Shown piece by piece: positions 27,801 through 37,760 of a stretch of 64,000 nucleotides of DNA. The notes below the pieces were generated by a model. It was given only the letters and a program-made list of their open reading frames with translations, was not told where the DNA came from and searched no databases. Location of the stretch: positions 6,757 through 70,756 of IMG/VR virus record IMGVR_UViG_3300035661_003606, one strand, 5' to 3'. Position numbers and translations under genes: made by a program. The stretch is from a virus. The stretch's first letter is position 1. Each line of letters begins with the position of its first letter.

Positions 27801-29057
27801 ATGGAAACTTTTGTAGTTGACACTAGCGTTGTTTTAGAAGACTTTGAGGTGATTAACGACTTAGAAAATGCAGAAGTAGTTATTCCATTAGCCGTACTGC
27901 AAGAGTTAGACGACCATAAGAGAGACCTAGGTGTTACAGGATATAATGCCCGCTCATTTATAAAACTACTTGAAAAGCTTAGACAAAATGCCAGTCTTTC
28001 TGACGGTGTCCCACTTGGCCCCTCCTGCTCTCTAAAAGTAGAAACTACAGAGTTTCCTCATCCTACGGCCGACCAACGAATACTTGCCCTCTGCGAGCGT
28101 CTACAGAAAGAAGCTAAGAATAAAATCTTTCTTCTCTCTGAGGATATTTCCTTAAGATTACTGGCAGAGGGAAAAGGTGTTTCAGCTAAGTCGGGCATGT
28201 ATATGCATGACGAAAGCCTGTATAGAGGGGTGAGAGAGATACAAGTGGATAAGTCCGAGTTAGATTTATTTTTTAAAAATAAGCAGATGCCAATCTCATC
28301 GGCCTATCCTAATGAATACTTTATTATGCGCACTGCTACTAATGGAGGGGCGATAGGCAAGTATAAACAAAAAGCTGGGTGCATTATTCCCTTAGGAGAC
28401 ACGGAAGCGGTTAACGATTTTGTTCGTGCTAGAAATGCCAATCAAAGATTTCTAGTCGACGCTATACTGGATCCAGACATTTCCATCGTAATGGCGGCCT
28501 CTAGGGCTGGTTGTGGGAAAACGATTATAGCTTTGGGAACAGCTTTATATCTTACTCGACAAACTAGAGATTACCAAAGAGTAGTGATCACTAAAGCCGT
28601 AACCCCCGTTGGGGGAAGAGATGCAATAGGGTATTTACCCGGATCGTTTGACGAGAAAATGCGCTTTTGGACTCTAAATTTTACCGACAACTTATCTGTA
28701 ATATCTAACTGGGAAAGTGGCGGATATGGATCTGATATTTTCACAGCTAAGGATATAGAAGTATGCTCTCTAATGCATATGAGAGGGAGATCCTTACATC
28801 ACTCTATAATTATCTTAGACGAAGCTCAAAATATTTCCCCTAAAGAAGCCAAGACGATTGTGACTAGAATAGGAGAAGGATCTAAGCTTATTGTTCTTGG
28901 GGACATAACTCAGATAGATGTTCCATATTTGAATGAATATAATAATGGTCTCACTTATATGACCAATAAGTTTAAGGACTACGATATTGCGGCAAGTGTG
29001 TATCTAGACAAAAATGAACGGTCCAAATTATCTACTTTGGCCGCAGAAATTATGTAA
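27801..29057 (+). CDS. phoH: PIN-PhoH family protein
   Basis: VVDTSV..LQELD..ADQRIL..SEDI PIN domain; AGCGKT, IGYLPG, MRGRS, ILDEAQN, GDITQID. Confidence 0.92.
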   Translation: METFVVDTSVVLEDFEVINDLENAEVVIPLAVLQELDDHKRDLGVTGYNARSFIKLLEKLRQNASLSDGVPLGPSCSLKVETTEFPHPTADQRILALCERLQKEAKNKIFLLSEDISLRLLAEGKGVSAKSGMYMHDESLYRGVREIQVDKSELDLFFKNKQMPISSAYPNEYFIMRTATNGGAIGKYKQKAGCIIPLGDTEAVNDFVRARNANQRFLVDAILDPDISIVMAASRAGCGKTIIALGTALYLTRQTRDYQRVVITKAVTPVGGRDAIGYLPGSFDEKMRFWTLNFTDNLSVISNWESGGYGSDIFTAKDIEVCSLMHMRGRSLHHSIIILDEAQNISPKEAKTIVTRIGEGSKLIVLGDITQIDVPYLNEYNNGLTYMTNKFKDYDIAASVYLDKNERSKLSTLAAEIM

Positions 29058-29462
29058 GTGATGGAGGCAAAAATGATTAGTACTGAAGACAGTGTAAGAA
29101 CATTCTTGGAGTGTATGTCGATAAGTCCCACCGGTGACGCCGAGCAAGACAACAAACTTCAAGAGATATTAAAGAAAAGTATTTATGACTTATGCTTTGT
29201 GATGGTTCCAGACGTTGATTCTTTAGTGAGTGAGAAAGGAGTATTTACACCATCTTCTATTGAGCATGGAGCAGTAATGAAGGCCTTCTTTAGCGAACAA
29301 CGTAAGGTTATCTTTTCTGTTTTTAGTGGAATAGCTAAACTTAAGGAACAAGGTGAAAAGGACAAAGCTGAACTTAGAAATGAGATTCAAAATTTAAGAG
29401 AAGAGATTGCTAGAATGGGAACTAGAATGAAAGCCATAATGAAGAATCAACTCACATCTTAG
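29058..29462 (+). CDS. hypothetical protein with C-terminal coiled coil
   Basis: ORF abutting phoH; start may be a few codons downstream (after GGAGG). Confidence 0.6.
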   Translation: MMEAKMISTEDSVRTFLECMSISPTGDAEQDNKLQEILKKSIYDLCFVMVPDVDSLVSEKGVFTPSSIEHGAVMKAFFSEQRKVIFSVFSGIAKLKEQGEKDKAELRNEIQNLREEIARMGTRMKAIMKNQLTS

Positions 29463-29466
29463 TGGT

Positions 29467-29482
29467 TGGCATGGAAATTGCT
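29467..29482 (+). promoter_or_regulatory. sigma-54-like -24/-12 motif
   Basis: TGGCATGGAAATTGCT versus consensus TGGCACG-N4-TTGCW, correct spacing. Confidence 0.45.
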
Positions 29483-29587
29483 CGCGCGTGCGCGCGCGTA
29501 TTATTAAATAATATAATAATATTATAATAATATAATACGACTCAATTGAGGTTTACAATTGAGGGCATCATATGAGAGACAACAATT

Positions 29588-29664
29588 AAGGCAAACATAT
29601 TGAGGCAAACATATTGAGACAAATATATTGAGGCAAATATATTGAGGCAAACATATTGAGGCAG
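29588..29664. repeat. 14-bp tandem repeat (5.5 copies), iteron-like; candidate replication origin
   Basis: GAGGCAAA(C/T)ATATT units in the largest non-coding gap, next to an A/T-only tract at 29499-29537. Confidence 0.8.
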
Positions 29665-29863
29665 ATAAATAGTGACATTATTAAATTATTTGGCATATTG
29701 TGCTGCAATGATATTATTATCTTTTGCAAATAAGAGGTGTATGTTGTTATATGTATTTAACTATTTCTCTAAATAATTTCTTTATAAGAATTGTTTTAAA
29801 AACATTACGGGAATTTTAAAAATACATCTGGAAATCAGAGTAAGTTGAAGAAAAGGAGAAAAC

Positions 29864-30187
29864 ATGATAAATTTAATCGGAATCCTTCTGGGCGCCATTT
29901 CTACCGAAGCAACTGTAAAAGTTCTTCTTAGAGGGGCTATTTTTGAAGTTCCTAGAAATTGGATTTATTCTAAAATCTCAGAAAATAACTTCTTTGGTAA
30001 ATTAATCAGATGTCCGTATTGTTTGTCTTTTTGGGTGTCGGCTATATTGGTAGGTGCGTATCTTTTGTCTCTGGATCTGTTTTGGTTATATGTATCTTGG
30101 ACATGTATCTGTCGCTTAAGTAATATTGCCCACGACATTTCAGATAAAATTTATTATTCGCAATACGGAACTGGGACAGAAAAATAA
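29864..30187 (+). CDS. small membrane protein (DUF1360-like)
   Basis: hydrophobic segments flanking CPYCLSFWVS; AAGGAG SD. Confidence 0.6.
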   Translation: MINLIGILLGAISTEATVKVLLRGAIFEVPRNWIYSKISENNFFGKLIRCPYCLSFWVSAILVGAYLLSLDLFWLYVSWTCICRLSNIAHDISDKIYYSQYGTGTEK

Positions 30188-30190
30188 CCA

Positions 30191-30218
30191 TTGACTTTTT
30201 AGTTTTTAAACTTATATT
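30191..30218 (+). promoter_or_regulatory. sigma-70-type promoter
   Basis: TTGACT-16nt-TATATT. Confidence 0.65.
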
Positions 30219-30247
30219 AAGGCAAAGAAAAGAAAGGAAAAAAGACC

Positions 30248-30571
30248 ATGAATGATTTGTTTGGAATTTCTAGCATGGGAAGTACATATGAACAGAGGAA
30301 AGTTGAACGTTTTGAAGATTCAAAACGGCATATAGTAGTTGATACAGCCGCCGTAACTGACTCAGACAAACCATATGAGACTGCAATAAAGCATCCGAAG
30401 TATAATGGTGGGAACTGGATAGTTGTGCAGTTATACAATACTAAGGAGGAGGCTATTATAGGTCATAAGAAGTGGGTTATAAAAATGACGTCTGATAAAC
30501 TTCCAAAGAAGATTAAGGACGTGTCCACAAGCATCATAATAGACTTAATAAATTTCATGGCTATAGATTAA
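30248..30571 (+). CDS. hypothetical protein
   Basis: 107-aa ORF after the promoter and AAAGGA. Confidence 0.6.
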   Translation: MNDLFGISSMGSTYEQRKVERFEDSKRHIVVDTAAVTDSDKPYETAIKHPKYNGGNWIVVQLYNTKEEAIIGHKKWVIKMTSDKLPKKIKDVSTSIIIDLINFMAID

Positions 30572-30638
30572 GCACTGTATTCATTTAACTGTTATATATG
30601 CTTATAGCTCAAGTAAAACCGAAAGAAAGGAATAGCAT

Positions 30639-32063
30639 ATGATAACTGATAATAAGTTAAAGTTTTGGATCGAAAACGGTCAAAATGTTTTATTCGTTGG
30701 CAAACATGGAGTTGGTAAGACAGCGAGAGTTATTGAGGCTTTTAACGAGGCTAAGCTAAATTGGCTGTATTTTAGCGCCTCAACTCTTGATCCCTGGGTA
30801 GATTTCATTGGTATTCCAAAAGAAGTGAAGGATAATCATGGTAACTCATATATAGATCTTGTAAGACCTAAACCATTTGCTGAAGATACCGTAGAGGCAA
30901 TATTTCTAGACGAATATAATCGATCTCCAAAGAAAGTCCGAAATGCAGTAATGGAACTAATTCAGTTTAAGTCTATCAACGGGAAAAAATTCAAAAATCT
31001 AAAGATCATCTGGGCGGCCATCAACCCTGAAGACGAAGAAGAAGAGGGTGCAAACGGCGGATACGATGTTGAGAAATTGGACCCAGCTCAGAAAGATAGG
31101 TTTCACGTCATTGTGAATGTTCCGTATAAGCCCGACAGAAGTTTCTTTGTTAATAAATATGGAAAAGCTATTGCTGATAGCGCTATAAATTGGTGGACTT
31201 CTTTAGACAAGAAGGGGAAAGATAGCGTCTCTCCTAGAAGACTTGATTATGCTATAGATCTTTACACTAAAAAAGGAGACATGAGAGATGTCTTACCAAG
31301 TAACGTCAATGTGACTAAACTATTTCGAGAGTTAGGTAGTGAAGATATTAAGGACACTTTAGCTAATCTATACAGTACACAAGATGTCTCAGCTACAAAA
31401 AAGTTTCTTTCCTCTAGAAATAACATTGATATTATGCTTAAAACTTTAGAGGAAAATGCTAATTACAGGGACTTTTTCCTACCTCTTATGGGTGAAGAGG
31501 ATCTGGCTAAAATAATAACGGAAAGTAAGTCAATATACCAATATGTCATTACCAGTGGCAAGTTTGATAATACAATTGCAGAAATTAAGAAAACTGGATC
31601 AAAGTTAGCTAAAACCATCGCTAACGATACTCTAGCTCTCAGTTATACCTTTTCTCATAAGCTGCTAGATTCTCTGCCTTCTTTGCCAATGGTCAATAAG
31701 TACAAGCTAGGCGGAAAAAGTCTCTATGATACGCTGCATGCCTCTCTAGGTCTAATGAACAATACATACTATAGGGTGTTTGCAGTAGACGTTGCTATTC
31801 TAAACTTACAACCAACAGACGATAAGAAAACATTCGAAATGGTGACGAATGTATTGCAAATACTATTCAATCAATCTATCCCGTCAACTATTTTTAATAT
31901 CAAGCACTTAGATCGTCTTTTGGGCTTTGTCATTAAAAAAGTTAGCGCATTTCACGGAAAAACACCCGACAAAGAATTTATGGATTTTCGCTTAAAACTT
32001 ACACCCACAGGACAGAAAAGACTAAACTTGTTCTTAACCAAATTCGGGAGCTTGTATGCCTAA
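30639..32063 (+). CDS. MoxR-like/AAA_5 ATPase
   Basis: GKHGVGKT, LDPWVDFIGIP, IFLDEYNR, WAAINP, LDPAQKDRF, SPRRL. Confidence 0.88.
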   Translation: MITDNKLKFWIENGQNVLFVGKHGVGKTARVIEAFNEAKLNWLYFSASTLDPWVDFIGIPKEVKDNHGNSYIDLVRPKPFAEDTVEAIFLDEYNRSPKKVRNAVMELIQFKSINGKKFKNLKIIWAAINPEDEEEEGANGGYDVEKLDPAQKDRFHVIVNVPYKPDRSFFVNKYGKAIADSAINWWTSLDKKGKDSVSPRRLDYAIDLYTKKGDMRDVLPSNVNVTKLFRELGSEDIKDTLANLYSTQDVSATKKFLSSRNNIDIMLKTLEENANYRDFFLPLMGEEDLAKIITESKSIYQYVITSGKFDNTIAEIKKTGSKLAKTIANDTLALSYTFSHKLLDSLPSLPMVNKYKLGGKSLYDTLHASLGLMNNTYYRVFAVDVAILNLQPTDDKKTFEMVTNVLQILFNQSIPSTIFNIKHLDRLLGFVIKKVSAFHGKTPDKEFMDFRLKLTPTGQKRLNLFLTKFGSLYA

Positions 32064-33375
32064 AATGGAAGATACTATAAACCTATCAACCGAAGAGTTT
32101 GCAGAGATTGCTAGAGGCCTAGAGATTCATCATGCGATATTTTCTGTTTTATGGAACCTAGGCAAGCCAGTATTCACTAACTTGGTTCAAACGGCAGCTG
32201 TAGCCTTTGATGAGCAAGGCAAGTCTATTGTGTTTTATTTCAATCCGGTTTTTTGGAAGAAGCTTTCCGACTATGAAAGAAATTTTATTATTTGCCACGA
32301 ATGTCTTCATGTGGCCCTTGGTCACGGTGTCAGGCTAAGGGCTATTACTGATTCTTCTCACGATCCTAACATAGCGGCTGACATTGTTGTCAATAATATG
32401 CTTATAAAATCTATGGGATTTGACCGAAGTAAGCTTTCTATGGCGGATGACTTATGCTGGATTGATACGATTTTCAAGCATTCTGAGAAGGTGGAGAAGG
32501 ATAGATGTCTGGAGTATTATTACAATATACTGCATAAAAATGCAGAAAAAGAAGCTAGTGGATTAGGAGTGGGGTCAGGAGTTGGGTCTATAGATAGTCA
32601 TGATGGGATAAAAGATTTAGATCAAGGCGCTCTCGATGATTTAACTGATAACGCTATGGGAGGCTTAAACCAGGATGATCTTAAATCCTTTTCTGAAAAG
32701 GTTAGCCAATATAAAGAAGAACTAGATGCTGGAGATATTTGTGCCGGACGGACAGCTGGCACTATAGCAGGAAGGCTTACTCAAGTTGTTAAGCTAACAG
32801 AAGTTGTCACCAAAAAGAAATGGGAGACGGTTATTAGAAAATGGGCAAGACAACACATTAAAGACTCCAGCAAAGATTTTGAACAGTGGGCTAGGACCAA
32901 CAGAAGGTTTAGTGACATTATTGCAGCGTCTAATTTATTTTTACCGTCGGAGATGGAAATAGACCAGCGAGAGCAGGAACTAAGTAAAATAAAAGTGGTT
33001 TTCTTCCAAGATACTTCTGGTTCATGCTCTCATTTTGCTAAAAGATTTTTTACTGCAGCCTCTAGCTTACCAAAAGATAAATTCGATGTAGAGCTATACT
33101 GCTTTGATACGGAAGTATATAAGACGTCCTTAGATAGCGGAAAGTTATATGGTTTTGGCGGCACTTCATTTAGAATATTAGAAAACTATGTTCGGTATAA
33201 AATATCCAATAATGACCCTAAGAAATATCCAAAGGCCATTTTTGTTATCACGGATGGATATGGGGACAATATCTCACCTCAGTTTCCTCAGAATTGGTAT
33301 TGGTTCCTGTCATCTGATAATAGAAGTTGTATTCCTTCTGCGTGTAATATTTTTAAGCTTTCAGATTTTGAATAG
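32056..33375 (+). CDS. HExxH metallopeptidase-like + vWA protein (DUF2201-like)
   Basis: QTAAV..FNPVFW..HECLH..NIAAD; QDTSGS, GGTSF, ITDG. Confidence 0.87.
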   Translation: MPKMEDTINLSTEEFAEIARGLEIHHAIFSVLWNLGKPVFTNLVQTAAVAFDEQGKSIVFYFNPVFWKKLSDYERNFIICHECLHVALGHGVRLRAITDSSHDPNIAADIVVNNMLIKSMGFDRSKLSMADDLCWIDTIFKHSEKVEKDRCLEYYYNILHKNAEKEASGLGVGSGVGSIDSHDGIKDLDQGALDDLTDNAMGGLNQDDLKSFSEKVSQYKEELDAGDICAGRTAGTIAGRLTQVVKLTEVVTKKKWETVIRKWARQHIKDSSKDFEQWARTNRRFSDIIAASNLFLPSEMEIDQREQELSKIKVVFFQDTSGSCSHFAKRFFTAASSLPKDKFDVELYCFDTEVYKTSLDSGKLYGFGGTSFRILENYVRYKISNNDPKKYPKAIFVITDGYGDNISPQFPQNWYWFLSSDNRSCIPSACNIFKLSDFE

Positions 33376-33382
33376 TTGGGCA

Positions 33383-33411
33383 TTGACTTTTAGCCTTAAT
33401 AGTGTTATATT
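33383..33411 (+). promoter_or_regulatory. sigma-70-type promoter
   Basis: TTGACT-17nt-TATATT upstream of bS21. Confidence 0.75.
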
Positions 33412-33434
33412 ATTTTGACGGAGGTTGTACAAAT

Positions 33435-33656
33435 ATGGCAAAGGTATATCTAAGGGACAAGGAACCTATTGAAAGAGCGCTAAAGCGCTTCAGCGTTGCA
33501 GTAGCTAAAGATGGAATTCTAAGAGAGTTAAAGCTTAGGAAGTATTACTTAACTGAAAATCAACGCAGGAGACTCAAAAAAGAAGAAGCTCGCAAGAGAT
33601 TTATGAAGAATCTTAAGAAAAAGCTTCTTAAGGAAGCTACGTCTAACGGAAGATAA
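33435..33656 (+). CDS. rpsU: 30S ribosomal protein bS21 homolog
   Basis: MAKVYLRDKEPIERALKRF..KDGILRELKLRKYY..RRRLKKEEARKR; GGAGG SD before ATG 33435. Confidence 0.82.
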   Translation: MAKVYLRDKEPIERALKRFSVAVAKDGILRELKLRKYYLTENQRRRLKKEEARKRFMKNLKKKLLKEATSNGR

Positions 33657-33791
33657 TGCCAAAGAGAATAGAGGAAATAAAGATTAGATTTGCTAATGCT
33701 AGGATGGCTATTGACGCCCTTCCGATTGATGCAGATGTAAAGGAGCAGTTGAAGAAGATTATGACTTCTCACTTGAGGACGATTATTTCAT

Positions 33792-34457
33792 ATGCAGAAA
33801 ACACCGAAGAAAAGCAAAATTAACAAACAGCTTGTAGATAAAATTAAAAATAAAATTGACATTCTAAAGTTGGTTGAAGATTTAGGCTTTAGCGTAGTTA
33901 AATCATCTAACGATCGATGGGTTATGTGTTGCCTCTTCCATGAGGAAAGAACCCCGAGTATGACGCTTTATAAAGACTCTAATAGTTTTTATTGCTATGG
34001 CTGTACTGAAAGTGGTGATGTAATAACCCTATTACAGAAGGCTAAGGGGCTCTCATTTGTTGAGGCTGTTAAATTCTTAGCAAAGAGAGGCGGAATTGAT
34101 GTTGAATCTTCAAATGAAGAAACCTTCCATTGGGAAGGTTCAGATGAATACTCTGAAGAGCCCGGTACCGAGCTCGACTACGAAGATATATTTACTTTTG
34201 TTGCCATGGAGACGAGAAAGTTGATAGAACAAATCAAAGATGTTTACTCAACAGACTCCGTGGAGTTTAATGAGGCTGTGTCTTCGATGGAGAGTATTTA
34301 CCAGAAGTTTGATAACACTGACGTTTCTGGCGTAAAAATGTTAGCGCTCTCTCAGCTAGAAGGCTTAGCCAACGAGCTTAGGGAGACTTTAAATGAAAGT
34401 AGGGGTCATCGGGGACATTCATATGGGGGCATCTTACCACTTTGGACACACACTTAA
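33792..34457 (+). CDS. CHC2 zinc-finger protein (DnaG N-terminal Zn-binding domain) with unknown C-domain
   Basis: CLFHEERTPS..FYCYGC..GDVI..LSFVEAVKFLA. Confidence 0.85.
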   Translation: MQKTPKKSKINKQLVDKIKNKIDILKLVEDLGFSVVKSSNDRWVMCCLFHEERTPSMTLYKDSNSFYCYGCTESGDVITLLQKAKGLSFVEAVKFLAKRGGIDVESSNEETFHWEGSDEYSEEPGTELDYEDIFTFVAMETRKLIEQIKDVYSTDSVEFNEAVSSMESIYQKFDNTDVSGVKMLALSQLEGLANELRETLNESRGHRGHSYGGILPLWTHT

Positions 34458-35577
34458 AAGCGGACTAAATTCTAGACTTTCAGACTTTAGAAAAACTCTA
34501 GCATTCTGCATTGATAGCGCAGGCGAGTTTGGTGCCGAATTAGTTGTTCTTACGGGAGATTTGTTTAGAAATTCAAAGCCAGGGACATTTGAACAGGATG
34601 CATTATGGGAAGAGCTTAAGCGAGGGTATAAAAAATATAATATTCAGTACCTTATCGCTGCCGGTAATCACGATATGCCATCCTATTGTCGTAAAACGAT
34701 AAGTACAGTAGCCCACAATATTAATAACAATAATTACATAACCGCGATAGACACTATAAAGTGTTTAGATTATCCTGATGATTTTAGTATTGTAGTTGTG
34801 CCATTCTATAATAAAGTTACTGAGAAAATGAATAGTACTGAGGATGTTCTTAGTAAAATCAAAAATGATCTCTCAGTTTTAAAACCGAACAAGAAAACAT
34901 TATGCGTGTGGCACTGTATATCTGAGGGAACAACTCTTGGAGATTCTGTCGGGATGGAGGTAGACGCTCTTAATGAGCCAGTAATACCATTAACCCTAAG
35001 CAAGCAGTATAGTATATCTATTTTTGGTCACGTCCATAGACATAGTATAATTGCTAAGGGTAAGCAGTATGTTATTAATCTTGGCTCTATGGAAGTTAAC
35101 GATTTTACAGACTCAGATCAAGATAAGTTCATGGCACTGATAGACACGGCAAACATGAAGCCCAAACTTGTTAAGCTTCCTGTGATCAAGGCAACTACTT
35201 TAAACTTGAAATCGTTCGCGTCGATTCTTCCTGACATGGAAGAGATGATTAAAAGAGAAAGCGTAGAGGGTAAGATTGTTCGCATTCATATAGAGACAAA
35301 TGAAGATGCTCTGAGAACATATAATGAACAATTAGCTAAAGAGCTAATAGAGAAAAAGCTTGGTGCATATAAATATATGGGAGCAACGTTTAAGATCAAA
35401 ACATCAGACGATGAATTAGCTGGTGTTGACGTCTCATCTACTCTCTCTGCGAGTGGATCTATTCTTTCTCATATTAGAACGTTTTTAGAGAGACATGACA
35501 AAGAGATGATCGATGAAACAATTTCCTACGTGAAGGGAGTTCTTGCTCAGATAGAAACTCTCAAAGAGGAAGATTAA
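34393..35577 (+). CDS. sbcD: SbcD/Mre11-like metallophosphoesterase nuclease
   Basis: GDIH, TGDLF, AGNHD, FGHVH motifs. Confidence 0.88.
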   Translation: MKVGVIGDIHMGASYHFGHTLKSGLNSRLSDFRKTLAFCIDSAGEFGAELVVLTGDLFRNSKPGTFEQDALWEELKRGYKKYNIQYLIAAGNHDMPSYCRKTISTVAHNINNNNYITAIDTIKCLDYPDDFSIVVVPFYNKVTEKMNSTEDVLSKIKNDLSVLKPNKKTLCVWHCISEGTTLGDSVGMEVDALNEPVIPLTLSKQYSISIFGHVHRHSIIAKGKQYVINLGSMEVNDFTDSDQDKFMALIDTANMKPKLVKLPVIKATTLNLKSFASILPDMEEMIKRESVEGKIVRIHIETNEDALRTYNEQLAKELIEKKLGAYKYMGATFKIKTSDDELAGVDVSSTLSASGSILSHIRTFLERHDKEMIDETISYVKGVLAQIETLKEED

Positions 35578-35578
35578 C

Positions 35579-37735
35579 ATGCGATTAGTCTCTCTAGAAA
35601 TGATTGATTTTATGGCTTATACCGAACAGCAAATAAATTTTGATGAGAACGGGTGCTATATTATTCTTGGTAGAAATGCTGACAGATACGGTAAATCAAA
35701 CGGAGTGGGTAAGAGCTCGATATTTATAGCAATTTATGCTGCGCTATATAACCAGATTAGGGGTAAAACATTAACTCAGGCTATTCGCGCTGGAGCCAAG
35801 GGATATAAACTTACATTAGTTTTGCAGTCTGCTGATGGATATTATCAAATTATTAGAAGTAGAAGAAGAGATGGAACTTCTACGACTTTTATGTTTTATG
35901 ATTCTACAGGTAAGTTTGAGGAAGATAAAAGAGTAGACTTGACCTGTCACAATCAAGATGATACCCAGGAGAGGATCAATGCTTTACTGAAGATGAATGC
36001 AAAATCATTTAGCCATTCGGTATATTTTAAAGAAGATATGGCATCTGCTTTTGCTAAGGCTAAAAAGGGAGAGCGTTTTGAGCTCATTAAAAACTCTTTA
36101 CAAATAGATCAATATGATAAAATTGTGAAAATTGCTAAGGCAGATTTAGACCAGGTTAACGCTACCATTAAGGAGATATCAGATTATATTACCTTAGCAG
36201 AGCAAAGTTTGATTAATTTAGAGACACAAACAGCTGAACAGAAAGAGCTAGAGTTAAGCATAGAAAGAGCTGGTCTTGAAATAGCACAGATAGAATCAAA
36301 GTTATCTGAGATAATTTCCATTAAGAATAGTGTAGCTGACTTAGAACAATTAAAAAAGGATTGTATAAAAAAGAAGAATTTAGCTATATCTAACTTAAGT
36401 GATACTGAAAATAGACTACATGAGTTAGATAAAAAGATAGGAGAGGCCAACGCTAAGATTGAACAATATAGAGCATCGTTAAAGAAAATGAACCTTCAGT
36501 ATAAATCTCTGGTCAATGAAAAAAATGGTATAATTATTATGCCAGAAGATGAGGTAGCAAAGATCAATGATGACATTCTGGCTTGTCAGGTAAAAATAAG
36601 ACAGAATCTAGAAACTATTGAATCTGCAAGAGAGATGATAGCGGCTTTATCTAAGGCCCATGGTCTTAACTGCCCAACATGCACTAGCCCATTAGATGCT
36701 AAGAAGAGGAAACTTTTAGTTGACTCCGCTAATAATTCTATTGATACAGCGATTGCGTCTAACGATCTTTTAAGTCAAAGAGTAAATAGCAATAGTAAAA
36801 CATTAAATGACAATGCATCTAAAATAGATAGACTAAATAGTTTAAATAGGCAGATAGATCAACTTACGTTTCAGGCTAATTCTATGATGAAAGATGGGGA
36901 AAGTTTAAAGAGTATTATTGCTTCTCTTCAGCCGGAAAGAGATGCAGCGGCTCAGAGTGTAAAAGAACAGACTACTCAACTAGAAGCAATAAAAATGGAG
37001 TTGGCAAAGATAGAGAAGCAGATTTCTCTTAAGTATGATGACGAGATAGAAGGGAAACTAATAAACAAAAAACAGTCTCTGTTGGGGTATATAGCTACAA
37101 GCAATCAGAGAATAGGAGTTATAGAGGAAACAAATAAAGCTATTAGGGAGTCAATTAAAGACTTAGGAGTCAAACAAGCAGAGCTTAACGCTTTAAGTTT
37201 CAAAAGAACAATAGTGGAAAATGTTATTGATAGTTGCTCTAAAAAGGGAGGGATACCATCTATTTTAATCGGGCAAGCGCTAAAGGAGATAGAGAAGTAT
37301 GCTAACCAAACCCTGTCTAGTTTTGATGATTATGACGCTCTCTCTATAAAATTTATTACCTCTAAGCCAGATGAAATAGAAATTATGGTAAGAAAAGACC
37401 CAGAGGTAGAGTTTAGAGAGTTTGATACATTCTCTGGAGCAGAAAGATTCATTGTGTCTTTTGCGATTCGTATGGCTATGTCTGAAATTCTTTCACATAA
37501 GTACGGGTCGGACCTCCAATTTATTTTATTGGATGAAGCTGGTACGGCTCTAGATGATTATAATATGGGTTTATTCGCTAATATATTAAAGAGAATGGCT
37601 TCAGATAAGCTAGTGTTATGTATTACTCACCAGAAAGAATTGCAAGATCATATCCCACAAACGATACTAGTAAAGAGAAGCGGTGGGAAGTCAGAGATTT
37701 TAGTTAACAATAAGGAAATGAGAGAAGAGGCTTAG
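35579..37735 (+). CDS. sbcC: SbcC/Rad50-like SMC ATPase
   Basis: SNGVGKSS, coiled coil with CPTC zinc hook, FSGAE signature, LLDE, ITH. Confidence 0.9.
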   Translation: MRLVSLEMIDFMAYTEQQINFDENGCYIILGRNADRYGKSNGVGKSSIFIAIYAALYNQIRGKTLTQAIRAGAKGYKLTLVLQSADGYYQIIRSRRRDGTSTTFMFYDSTGKFEEDKRVDLTCHNQDDTQERINALLKMNAKSFSHSVYFKEDMASAFAKAKKGERFELIKNSLQIDQYDKIVKIAKADLDQVNATIKEISDYITLAEQSLINLETQTAEQKELELSIERAGLEIAQIESKLSEIISIKNSVADLEQLKKDCIKKKNLAISNLSDTENRLHELDKKIGEANAKIEQYRASLKKMNLQYKSLVNEKNGIIIMPEDEVAKINDDILACQVKIRQNLETIESAREMIAALSKAHGLNCPTCTSPLDAKKRKLLVDSANNSIDTAIASNDLLSQRVNSNSKTLNDNASKIDRLNSLNRQIDQLTFQANSMMKDGESLKSIIASLQPERDAAAQSVKEQTTQLEAIKMELAKIEKQISLKYDDEIEGKLINKKQSLLGYIATSNQRIGVIEETNKAIRESIKDLGVKQAELNALSFKRTIVENVIDSCSKKGGIPSILIGQALKEIEKYANQTLSSFDDYDALSIKFITSKPDEIEIMVRKDPEVEFREFDTFSGAERFIVSFAIRMAMSEILSHKYGSDLQFILLDEAGTALDDYNMGLFANILKRMASDKLVLCITHQKELQDHIPQTILVKRSGGKSEILVNNKEMREEA

Positions 37736-37760
37736 CTGACTATTAATAAAATGTCTTGTT

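Noticed and set aside
29588-29664. CRISPR array
   Set aside because: 14-bp head-to-tail repeats with no unique spacers and no cas operon; the 38393 nuclease is a stand-alone PD-(D/E)XK protein.
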